The translations under genes and the position numbers were made by a program. This document shows, piece after piece, positions 40,411 through 49,534 of a DNA stretch of 64,000 bases. Numbering within the stretch: position 1 is the stretch's first letter; the number at the start of each line of letters is the position of its first letter. This DNA comes from a bacterium (lineage in GTDB: Bacteria > Bacteroidota > Ignavibacteria > UBA10030), in contig JAZDJN010000111.1 in assembly GCA_043803945.1 (NCBI GenBank), positions 11,811 to 75,810 of the forward strand. The letters are read 5' to 3'. The notes below the pieces were generated by a model, which was not told the origin of the DNA, did not search any database, and saw only the letters and a list, made by a program, of their open reading frames with translations.

Positions 40411-41046
40411 GTGCTCATCACGAAAATACTCCGGAGCAGGAAAGATACAAAAAGCTATGCGCTCTATATCGATGAGGCATATGCATTCGATGTGTCCGAG
40501 GAAGTGTTTGCGAAGTTTGCCCTTGCGGTCGGAAAAAGAATCGATGATAAAACCGTTGAGCTCATCTCTTCTGCCGAAGCGCAGTATCGGGCACGCGGCA
40601 TAGCGCTGAACTTCATTTCGTACAGACCTCGGAGCTCCAGAGAGGTTATTCACAAACTGTTGAGCAAAGGATTCTCTTCGAATCTTGCCAAACAAATCGT
40701 ACAGAAACTCCAGATGATTAATCTGATCGATGACAGAGAGTTCGCGAGGATGTACCTTCGAGATAAGATGCTCCTCCGGCCAATGGGCCGGGCGTTAGTA
40801 CGGCATCGATTGCTGGAGAAAGGAGTCCCTCCCAACATCGTCGAACGTGTCCTGCGGGAGCAGTTTTCCGATAAAGATGAGTACGATGCCGCACTGGCGC
40901 TTGCCGCAAAAAAAATCAAAGTCTCTGGCGAACGTTTTTCAAAGCTTGAGACTGAACGGAGAAGAAAAAAGATTTTCGATTACCTCATGAACCGCGGCTT
41001 CTCAAGCGAAATCGCATCAAAAACACTCAGGAGTCTGTTCCCATAA
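40411..41046 (+). CDS. recX: Regulatory protein RecX
   Basis: R.RS..E, IDDREFA, L.EKG and YL.NRGF; directly after recA. Confidence 0.88.
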   Translation: MLITKILRSRKDTKSYALYIDEAYAFDVSEEVFAKFALAVGKRIDDKTVELISSAEAQYRARGIALNFISYRPRSSREVIHKLLSKGFSSNLAKQIVQKLQMINLIDDREFARMYLRDKMLLRPMGRALVRHRLLEKGVPPNIVERVLREQFSDKDEYDAALALAAKKIKVSGERFSKLETERRRKKIFDYLMNRGFSSEIASKTLRSLFP

Positions 41047-41202
41047 ATCGACTGAGAAAGCATTCAAGAAGATAAAACAGTTATCTTTGGCTCATGAAGC
41101 ATGGCCGCTGGCAGGCAACGGCGGTCGGGGAAAGTTCGGCTGTTCATTTTTTTTACATCACAAGGATAGAAATCATCCTTGTTGCGTAACGCGAGCGAGT
41201 CT

Positions 41203-42246
41203 ATGGATCATCAGTCAACACAGCGACCTTTTCTGAAAGTAGCGATCCTTGTTCTGCTGTTGTCGTTAGCAGTATGGCTAGCTTCGTACTTCCCTGAATT
41301 GGTCTTCATTCTGATCACCTCGACCGTACTCTCCTTTGTTTTAAAACCGTTTGTCAAACTATTCGAATTCCGTTTCGGCTTGCGACGAGGGATATCCGTC
41401 CTTGCCGTGTTTGTCATCATCGGATCAGGAGTTTTCTTACTCTGGTTTCAATTCTTTCCTCTGCTTGTCAATCGATTCAATGATATTTATCTGCAGTTCA
41501 AATCGTACCCGTTTGAAGCAAAACTTGCGGAAGCTGCCCAGAATCTGGTTTCTGGCTTTCCTTTGATCAATCCGAATGATGTCGCGAGACAAATTCATGA
41601 CCTGATGCAATCGGCGGCCAATCAATTTGGCTCCATCATTGAACGCTTCCTTTCGTTCGCAGCATCATTTGCCCTTATTCCGGTGGTCACCTACTTTCTC
41701 CTCGCTGATGGTGACGAAACGCTCAAGTCATTCATTGAGCGTGTACCCAACAAATATTTTGAGATGACACTCAATGTATTGTACAAAATACGAAAAGATC
41801 TTGTCAGCTATGTGCGTGGCTGGCTGCTCGAGGCAACGCTCGTCGGATTTATCAGTGTCTGCGGCTACTTCCTCATCGGCGTTCAATATGCATTACTCAT
41901 CGGAATCGTCGCAGGATTCGCCAACCTGATTCCTTATCTGGGCCCTGTCGTCGGAGCGATCCCGGCCGTTCTCGTCTCCATCACACAGTATGGCGATGCA
42001 CGAATGGTCGTACCAATCATTATTGTGGCAATCAGTGTTCAGCTCATCGATGAGGTCCTTATTCAACCATTATGTTTTTCAAAAGCTATTGATGTTCACC
42101 CCCTCACCGTCATTATCGTTCTGCTCATTGGGAATGAACTCCTCGGGATCGTGGGAATGGTTCTTGCCATTCCGCTCTTTACCGTTTTCAAGGTAACGGC
42201 AAAAGAAACATACTGGGGATTAAAGAATTACCGTATCACAAACTAG
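41203..42246 (+). CDS. AI-2E family transporter
   Basis: Multi-TM protein with NLIPYLGP, VHPL and GMVLAIP. Confidence 0.85.
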   Translation: MDHQSTQRPFLKVAILVLLLSLAVWLASYFPELVFILITSTVLSFVLKPFVKLFEFRFGLRRGISVLAVFVIIGSGVFLLWFQFFPLLVNRFNDIYLQFKSYPFEAKLAEAAQNLVSGFPLINPNDVARQIHDLMQSAANQFGSIIERFLSFAASFALIPVVTYFLLADGDETLKSFIERVPNKYFEMTLNVLYKIRKDLVSYVRGWLLEATLVGFISVCGYFLIGVQYALLIGIVAGFANLIPYLGPVVGAIPAVLVSITQYGDARMVVPIIIVAISVQLIDEVLIQPLCFSKAIDVHPLTVIIVLLIGNELLGIVGMVLAIPLFTVFKVTAKETYWGLKNYRITN

Positions 42247-42255
42247 GGAGGCACC

Positions 42256-42924
42256 ATGTCGCGCGTCGTTATCGACATCGAGACGCTCGGATATCCATTC
42301 GAGAGCTTCGATGCCGAGCAGCAGAAATATCTCTTAAAATTCTCTCAGACAGAAGAGGAACGGACTGAGACAATCCAGAAGCTCAGCCTCTATCCTACCA
42401 CAGCCCAGATCATTGCCATCGGTCTTTATAATCCTGACACAGCACGCGGAAAAGTCCTTTTTCAAGCGGACACTCCAACAGATCATCAGTCTCCCGATGG
42501 TTCAGCACATTTCATTTCATGTGATGAGAAATCGATGCTGGAACGGTTCTGGGAAGATATCACTCACTTCGATCAATTCATCACCTTCAACGGACGCGGA
42601 TTCGATTCTCCGTTTCTCATGCTGCGTTCCGCAATCCTGCAAATCAAACCAACCCGCAATCTCATGCCGTACCGTTACGAGACTTTGATCCATATCGACC
42701 TGCTCGAGCAACTTACGTACTATGGTGCATTCAGAAAATTCAGCCTGGATTTCTATTGCAAATCGTTCGGGATCGAGAGTCCAAAATCTCACGGGATTAC
42801 CGGACTCGATATGGGTATGCTCTTTGATCAGAAACGGTTTCTCGAGATAGCGGAGTATTGCTTTGGTGATCTCATTGCGACGGCTGAACTCTTCAGAAGA
42901 TGGGAGCAGTTCTTGAAGGTCTAG
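42256..42924 (+). CDS. 3'-5' exonuclease of the PolB-like/RNase H-like DEDD family
   Basis: DIET, FNGRGFD and YC..D motifs. Confidence 0.8.
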   Translation: MSRVVIDIETLGYPFESFDAEQQKYLLKFSQTEEERTETIQKLSLYPTTAQIIAIGLYNPDTARGKVLFQADTPTDHQSPDGSAHFISCDEKSMLERFWEDITHFDQFITFNGRGFDSPFLMLRSAILQIKPTRNLMPYRYETLIHIDLLEQLTYYGAFRKFSLDFYCKSFGIESPKSHGITGLDMGMLFDQKRFLEIAEYCFGDLIATAELFRRWEQFLKV

Positions 42925-42947
42925 TGGTATAGTCGAGAAGTGACTTT

Positions 42948-43077
42948 ACCACTGAGTCACTCCTACCCACCGATTTAGAAATTTCTGGGGCATGTGGAGA
43001 GAACACAGAGTAGCTTTATTGTGATTGACTAGAGAACAACCATCCATAAATCTCTGTGACCTCTGTGTCTCTGTGGC
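42948..43077. repeat. CAC-N-GAG arm hairpin element with a degenerate nested insert
   Basis: ACCACTGAGTCACT[42962-42997]AGAGAACACAGAG pairs with CTCTGTGACCTCTGTGTCTCTGTGG. Confidence 0.68.
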
Positions 43078-43107
43078 AATCTTTATGGCTGGCTCTCCAA
43101 CGCTGGT

Positions 43108-44523
43108 TCAAAATGCATGGCCAAAATTCAGATAGAAGCCTGTTGTCTCGTTGCTGAATCCGAGATCCATTCTGACCAAAAATGTCTCCATGGTAAAACG
43201 CAAACCGACAAGTGTATTGGCCGGCCATTGCCGGAGATTGACTTGATCGGCTGACTGCCAGACATTACCAGCATCAAGGCCCACCACTCCGCCAAAGCGC
43301 CAGTAGATCGGAAACCGGAGCTCGCCATTCAAAACGATTCCTACCTTATCGAGGAATCTATCCTGTGGATATCCACGGAGGGTCTTTCCTCCTCCCACAG
43401 AGACAAGAGAATGGATGGGAATATTCTCTCCGCTCACCCGCTGTGCAATGACTCTCCCGGCAAATACTATCTTGGGATAGCCGAGGACGTGGAATGTTTG
43501 GAACGTTATGGAGGTGTTCACTAGAGAATAGTCACTTCCCATCTGGCGGCTCCCCATTTCAATATCGCCTTGGAGAACCTGGCCATGAGACGGATTAATG
43601 TAACTGTCCCGTGAGTCGTAGCGTGCCGATAGCATCAACGTAAATCCACTGCTTCGGTCTTTATTGATTGCAGGAAGTGTGCGGGCAAAGAGGCTGTTCG
43701 ATTCAAAATTGAAGCTTCTAACAGTGCGGTATTTAATACCAGCCTGGCCCACGAACTGCTGCGAAAACCCACGGCCCATCATTGCCACAATATCGAGCGG
43801 TTCCTTTGTATACGTCTCACGGTCATCGTCTGATGAAGCATTTCCGAGTCCATAGAAATTATTATTCAGGTACTTGTCATAATCTACGATGAGATCGAAG
43901 GAGAGCGGATAGAGTGTCCCCTGACGCAGTTCAAAGTCGGGGAGAGAGAAGACGAAACGGTACCAGCGCTCCCCTTTCGTACTATTGAATGCAAGAACAT
44001 CGAATGACTCTGACCACTGAAACTGGTTCAGCAGAAATCCTTTAACACCATAACCGAATCCCACATCCGTATCGTACATCAGAATCGGCAGCCATTCAAT
44101 CTTATCCTCCGCCGGTACCGCTGTTCGATACTTCTGGGCCTCTATCATTCTAGCGCAATTGATAGCCACAGCAAGACCAAAATGGTCCGAGGCAAACAGT
44201 CCATCGGAAGCATTGCCAAATATTCCGAAATCATTGGAGAGATCCCAGACATCGGCAATATGCGCTGTTAGAGCAGCAACTGGATTCACCTCTTGCACCG
44301 CAATGATATCAGGCTGACGTTGCTTCAATCCCTCTAGCAGAATCTGTTTCCTCTTTTCACGTACATCTGCAGTCTCGTACTCTCCCATACTAAAGCTACC
44401 GCGGTAATTGAGGCCAGTCCAGAGGTTGATGGTAGAGAGTTTTAAGGATTGGGATAATCCGATTGAGGTGAAGATTACGGTACCAATCGCGAAGAGATAA
44501 AGAAGCAACTTGGAATTTTTCAT
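43108..44523 (-). CDS. Omp85/BamA-TamA family barrel fused to a shortened EEP (endo/exonuclease-phosphatase) domain
   Basis: Signal peptide; TIN, QEV and SDH EEP motifs; YDSRD, LRGY and terminal GHAF barrel motifs. Confidence 0.75.
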   Translation of the reverse strand: MKNSKLLLYLFAIGTVIFTSIGLSQSLKLSTINLWTGLNYRGSFSMGEYETADVREKRKQILLEGLKQRQPDIIAVQEVNPVAALTAHIADVWDLSNDFGIFGNASDGLFASDHFGLAVAINCARMIEAQKYRTAVPAEDKIEWLPILMYDTDVGFGYGVKGFLLNQFQWSESFDVLAFNSTKGERWYRFVFSLPDFELRQGTLYPLSFDLIVDYDKYLNNNFYGLGNASSDDDRETYTKEPLDIVAMMGRGFSQQFVGQAGIKYRTVRSFNFESNSLFARTLPAINKDRSSGFTLMLSARYDSRDSYINPSHGQVLQGDIEMGSRQMGSDYSLVNTSITFQTFHVLGYPKIVFAGRVIAQRVSGENIPIHSLVSVGGGKTLRGYPQDRFLDKVGIVLNGELRFPIYWRFGGVVGLDAGNVWQSADQVNLRQWPANTLVGLRFTMETFLVRMDLGFSNETTGFYLNFGHAF

Positions 44524-44638
44524 GGCAGCAAATCTCTATTTGGTAAAAGCATAATACTAGAAATAATGGAAATATTCATCTGCACTTGATAGCCTGTTGC
44601 CCTATGCAGGCAACAGGTTATCAAAAAACCTATCCTCC

Positions 44639-46521
44639 TTATTTTGCTAATACCATTTTTCTTAAGAATGTTTTGCCTGCGGCATTTAACCGATAGAAGT
44701 AAACTCCACTAGATAGCTTCTGAGCATTAAACTCTATTTGATGTCGGCCAACTGTCATTTCAGACTCGACCAATGTTGCCACTTCCTGTCCAATAATGGA
44801 ATACACTTTAAGAGAAACTTGGCTTGCCCGAGGCAGCTCAAATTGTATCGTCGTTGTCGGATTAAAAGGATTAGGATAATTCTGTGATAATGAAAAACTC
44901 ATTGGAACACTCTCCATCCCATCATCCCGTGTGACCATTGTAGTTGTGGTCGCCTGAATTCTACCTTCTGTATGCGGCGTAAGCTCCCCAAGACCTGCAA
45001 CGTATTCACTGAGCACTTGAAATTCAGTCAGGGCAGACTGAACTTTGACATCGGAACAAGGGATTCCGAGGAAGCTGAGGAACAGCGGAACAAATTCATT
45101 TGCTGCCACGGTATATTCTTTCATTGGATCAAGAGTATTTCCACCGATCTTCACATTGACCAGTCGTGAGTAAGGAGCAGCCTTCGGGTCATAGGTATAG
45201 CTCATCCCGGAGACTTGAGCAAGGAATTCATCATTTTCTTCTATCGAGGATAGGCCAAACTCAATTCCCGCCAATAAATCTGCCCCTTTGATTTTGAATG
45301 TTGCCATACGGTACCCCAGACCATTTTCCTCATTGAATCCATATCCAACGACTCGGAACAGATCGGCAGCCACGATTGGCCCTTTATATAACGGTTGCGC
45401 TGTGGATCCTCCGACCTCGAATGAGATGTCCGTCTTAAATTTTTCCCTATAGGCATCTGTTACCAGGTTACCGATGGGTGTATCTTTTTTTCCGAACGCT
45501 ACAAGATCCTGAGCAACTTCTTCAAGATAATCTTTTGCTACTGCGATCTGCTGTGTAAACAGAGGTCCGTACGTTTGTTCAATTGACTGGATGAGTGTTT
45601 TCACTACACCTTCGACGGTTGGTTCGATCGGAATTGTCTCGTCAACTGTCACTAACTCATAGTCGAGTACTCTCACAGAGGTTGGAGTGACTGCTAATCG
45701 GAGTTTACCAATATTCTGATAGAATGCGTTTGCTTGAACTATCAATGTCGATTCTCCACTCGGATTGGTTACTCTCACAGGCTGCTTTACAAGATAATGA
45801 TCATGTCCGCCTACGATAACGTCTATCCCCGGTATATAGCTTGCAAGGAGCTGATCCAGTGTCAGACCAAGATGCGAGAGACAGATAATTACCGAACAAC
45901 CTTGTGCCTTCAATTCAGCAACCATCATCGCAGCGGTTTCGAGGACTGTCGTATCGATCCAGGCTGGTGAGGGCTGCGAGAGGCTGTTTGTGGACGGGGT
46001 CGTCAATCCGAACATGCCTACTTTTATTCTTCCGCACTCCTTGACATAGTCAGGCCAGATGTATCGTTTTAACCATTCACGCTCGGGTCTTCAAGGTTAA
46101 TGTTTGCGGAGAGCATTGGAAAAGCAGCATCCGTGAATGCACTGTCTAAAGCCATCTGAAGAATGGCGGGTGTTAAATCAAACTCATGATTTCCGACCGC
46201 CATTGCATCGAGGCCGAGAGAGAGCAATAACTTTAGTTCGGCCACTCCGAAGAATGAATTGAAGAAGAGGTCGCCCACGAATGCATCGCCGGCATGAAGG
46301 AAGAGCACATTCGGTTCGGTCATCTTTGTATAGCCGACATAGGACGCTACTCGCGCAATTCCTCCCAAGCCCCCTTGCAGCGCTGCATTTCGCGGACCGA
46401 TGGTGCCAAGCGTCGAGTGAGTGTCATTAATATGGAGAATAGTCAGTGTATCAACCTGAGCTCTTGAGATTGAGAAGATGAACAGGCTGACCAGCAGGAA
46501 CAACGATGTACGGGTTTTCAT
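44639..46521 (-). pseudogene. 5'-nucleotidase/metallophosphatase with T9SS C-terminal domain, split by a 1-nt frameshift near 46070
   Basis: NDTH, AGD, GNHEFD and LSAN in the first ORF; SHLG, GGHDH and LSQNYPNPFNP..GVYFY in the second; the frames join with -1. Confidence 0.82.
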
Positions 46522-46628
46522 GAAAGCCTCCAATTGAGATAATTGATGATAGGTGATTGAGTGAGCGATTGTCCACAGAAGTTGCTGAGTGGATTGGAGC
46601 GTGGGCACAGATTCAAGCGGCGAAGTTC

Positions 46629-47321
46629 TTACCCATCTACGATCATACCATCCCGCAGGTGGATGATGCGATCGGCATAGTCGCACAGACGAAGGTCGTG
46701 ACTTGCAATGATAACACACCTCCCCTGGTCTTTCGCACAGCGGGCGAGCAGTCGGATGATCACCATCCCCTGTGACGATTCAAGACATGCCGTGGGCTCA
46801 TCGGCAAGCAGAAGTTCGGCATCATTTGCACAAGCACGTGCAATTGCCACGCGCTGCTTCTCCCCCTGGCTCATCCCAGATGGATATTTATCCGACAAGT
46901 GTAAAAGTTCTAAGTGTGAAAGTACGTTAAGAGATTTGGCAGTTGTCTCGCTCTTTCCTCTGCCAGCGAACTGCAAGACGAGCCGGATATTCTCCAAGGC
47001 CGTCAATGCATCGATCAATAAGAAATTTTGAAAAATGAATCCCAGGTGTCGTGCCCGTAGAGCTTGCAGATCATCCTGATTGTACTGGGATATGGGGCGA
47101 CCGAAGAGTTCTACACTCCCCTCCGTCGATTCTAATAAACCCGCCAGGACAGTGAGCAAGGTGGTCTTCCCGCTTCCGCTTGGGCCTAAGAGGAGGAGAA
47201 GTTCTCCCTGGACTGCTTCCAGGGAGATGTCTGAGAGTGCCTGAGTACGAGTTCCATTTGATCGGAAGCTTTTTGATACATTGTTCAATCTCACAATCGG
47301 TGACTGAGCGGAGTAATTCAT
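46629..47321 (-). CDS. ABC transporter ATP-binding protein (LolD/MacB-like)
   Basis: GPSGSGKT, GFIFQ, SQGEKQRVAIAR, ADEPT and SHD; ATGA overlap with the permease. Confidence 0.92.
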   Translation of the reverse strand: MNYSAQSPIVRLNNVSKSFRSNGTRTQALSDISLEAVQGELLLLLGPSGSGKTTLLTVLAGLLESTEGSVELFGRPISQYNQDDLQALRARHLGFIFQNFLLIDALTALENIRLVLQFAGRGKSETTAKSLNVLSHLELLHLSDKYPSGMSQGEKQRVAIARACANDAELLLADEPTACLESSQGMVIIRLLARCAKDQGRCVIIASHDLRLCDYADRIIHLRDGMIVDG

Positions 47322-48436
47322 GAGAGATAGACCTCCATAGGATAGATTCGGCGCAATTGGCGATACGAAAGGAATGAGCTCACCAGGTTCATCCCCAGAG
47401 CTGCGACCACTATGACGACAATTTGTTCGAGAGAAGTCTTCGTCGAAACCTCCGGGGAAACAACTTCCACGCAATGAATGAGGGGAAAAAAGAAGACGAG
47501 AGCTGTTATACAACTCGCGAGAGCAATTTCAAATCCTTGGGTGAGAATGAGTCTGGAAAGAAATGATCGAGGTGATCCAAGGATTTTCATCACCGCAAAG
47601 TCTTTTCGTTTTTCGAGGATCGTAATGGTTAGAATGAGACTCAGAATGGTAGTCAGCACCACCGCTCCAATCAACGCAAGTGTATACAGGAGAGGAAGAA
47701 ATCCCGATTGCATCTCACGGATGTTATTCTCCACGAACTCTCGTTGACAAAATACCTCCGTACCGGGAAGTTCGTTCTTAATACGTTCACGTGTAGCAAT
47801 GAGATCCGCATCGTTTTTTACGGTAACGAGAAAGCAGGAGGTCAGGCCTGAAAATCCAGCCAACGCGCGTGCCTTCGCAATACTCACAAAAGCATACTGG
47901 AGAACGAACATATTTGTCTGTTCGCTGATCCCCACAATCTTCAAAGTGTCGTTTCGGATCACCAGGGTGTTTCCCAGCACGAAACTATTTTTAAGAGCAA
48001 ACGCGCGATCAAGAATAATTTCATCATCCTCTCTCAGCGAACGCCCTTCCTTAAGTTGCGGTGGGGCTCCTATCCCTGTCGCTAGATCATACCCGGCTAC
48101 ATACACGGTCGATGATTGTGTTCCCTTTGTGATCGTCGTTAACAAAAAGAGCAAAGGAGAGACCGACTCAATCCCGGAAATCGTGCGTAGAATATTTCCA
48201 TGACCAGTTGAGAGAATTGAAAAACCTCGAAGAATATTTGTTGTCCCCTCCTGTAACACCCAGAGATCGGCCTTTGTCTGGCGTACATACTCCACCGAAC
48301 CATCGGCAACCCCATGGTAAATCGACATGAGGAAGAGCATCAGAATAATACAGAGAGCCATTCCCCCTACGGTCAATCCCATCCGAAGAGGTTGAGATCG
48401 CAGGATTCGATATGCAAACGAGAACATAGCATTCAC
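47318..48436 (-). CDS. ABC transporter permease (MacB/FtsX family)
   Basis: One TM, periplasmic domain, three TM; E...AVMKILG motif. Confidence 0.88.
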   Translation of the reverse strand: MNAMFSFAYRILRSQPLRMGLTVGGMALCIILMLFLMSIYHGVADGSVEYVRQTKADLWVLQEGTTNILRGFSILSTGHGNILRTISGIESVSPLLFLLTTITKGTQSSTVYVAGYDLATGIGAPPQLKEGRSLREDDEIILDRAFALKNSFVLGNTLVIRNDTLKIVGISEQTNMFVLQYAFVSIAKARALAGFSGLTSCFLVTVKNDADLIATRERIKNELPGTEVFCQREFVENNIREMQSGFLPLLYTLALIGAVVLTTILSLILTITILEKRKDFAVMKILGSPRSFLSRLILTQGFEIALASCITALVFFFPLIHCVEVVSPEVSTKTSLEQIVVIVVAALGMNLVSSFLSYRQLRRIYPMEVYLS

Positions 48437-48448
48437 CCTTCGTGGTGT

Positions 48449-49534
48449 TCAGGTAAACATCGGGACTTCAGGTAACAACTTGCCGCGAATCCGATTAAAA
48501 ATATCTTCCAGACTTGGACCTGTGATCGTTAAGCCATGATTTTTTAATCCGACGACCGTGCGTTGTGGTTCACCGGTGTTTCTCAGCAACTCCACAACCT
48601 CCTCAGCAAGCTCCACGGTACCACATGGATAGTTCTGTCGCGTGCAAAGGATATTATCCATCCAGGCATGGACATGCACAATTGCGTGTACGTCAGGATA
48701 CGAGCGATAGATCAATTCATGTTCGACGGCATCCACTGACACTCTTGCCTTTGGATCATAGTCCGAGGGAACACTCACGAGGGCCGAACCGCTGGAGTAA
48801 TCGAAGCCCTTCACGAGGAGAATATCTTTTCCCACGTGAGCGAGATTTGACTTATTCACACCTCGACCGCTCATCCAAAACGTCGAGCTTCCAAGCTCCG
48901 GCACCGTCTCGCGTGCACTGAGATTGCCATAGCTGAGCCCGGTGATTCCATAAATTTTATAGAGATGATGCAATTCCTGTTCTGTCAGTACAGAGCGCAG
49001 CGGAAACGGTAATGGCAGCACACCAAGTGCATCCAACTCTTTTCCGAATGCCTGAATCTGCTGCACCACTTCCGTGGGCTGCCAGCATTGCTCGGGTAAA
49101 TCCGTTGAAAATTGATTCCCTATTGCATAGTGCGATCCAACAATGGGCAGCATGGTGCGATAGATCTGCTCGGCATTCTGCGGGAGATGATAGAATCCTG
49201 CCTCTGGAGTGGTAACATAGACCTCTCCTTTTGAGCCGTTATCCGGTGCGACATAGATCAACAAATTTGAGAGTGTCCGGATCAATGTGGTGTAACACAG
49301 CGAGCGCAAATTCTCATAGGAACGGTCAGCAGCAACGAGAGAGACAATAAATACCGACTGCGAATGCCGTCGTGCTGCGCGTGGATGCTCGAGAGTAGTC
49401 GCATTCAATTGAAATGCAACTCCCTCGGTTTGTTCACCGATTTGATGTCCGTGGTGTATAAACTCTTCGACAATACCATCGACAATTCTATCGCGATGGG
49501 CATCGATTCCATCTTTATTGAAGGAAAATTTCAT
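48449..49534 (-). CDS. Class II aldolase/adducin family protein with N-terminal extension
   Basis: GNLSAR, SVD..EH, IVHVH and LKNHG metal ligands. Confidence 0.8.
   Translation of the reverse strand: MKFSFNKDGIDAHRDRIVDGIVEEFIHHGHQIGEQTEGVAFQLNATTLEHPRAARRHSQSVFIVSLVAADRSYENLRSLCYTTLIRTLSNLLIYVAPDNGSKGEVYVTTPEAGFYHLPQNAEQIYRTMLPIVGSHYAIGNQFSTDLPEQCWQPTEVVQQIQAFGKELDALGVLPLPFPLRSVLTEQELHHLYKIYGITGLSYGNLSARETVPELGSSTFWMSGRGVNKSNLAHVGKDILLVKGFDYSSGSALVSVPSDYDPKARVSVDAVEHELIYRSYPDVHAIVHVHAWMDNILCTRQNYPCGTVELAEEVVELLRNTGEPQRTVVGLKNHGLTITGPSLEDIFNRIRGKLLPEVPMFT

Noticed and set aside
36332-41046. pgsA-pgpA-cinA-thpR-recA-recX as a novel system
   Set aside because: This is a well-known conserved gene string.
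11885-43077. Hairpin repeats as CRISPR or a repeat-spacer array
   Set aside because: They are dispersed single inverted-repeat elements, not tandem direct repeats with spacers, and no cas genes are present.
44586-44624. 16-bp stem hairpin as an intrinsic terminator
   Set aside because: On the transcribed minus strand the U-run precedes rather than follows the stem; at most a stabilising hairpin.
46060-46080. Programmed -1 frameshift in the nucleotidase
   Set aside because: There is no X-XXY-YYZ slippery heptamer and the upstream product would be a partial catalytic domain.
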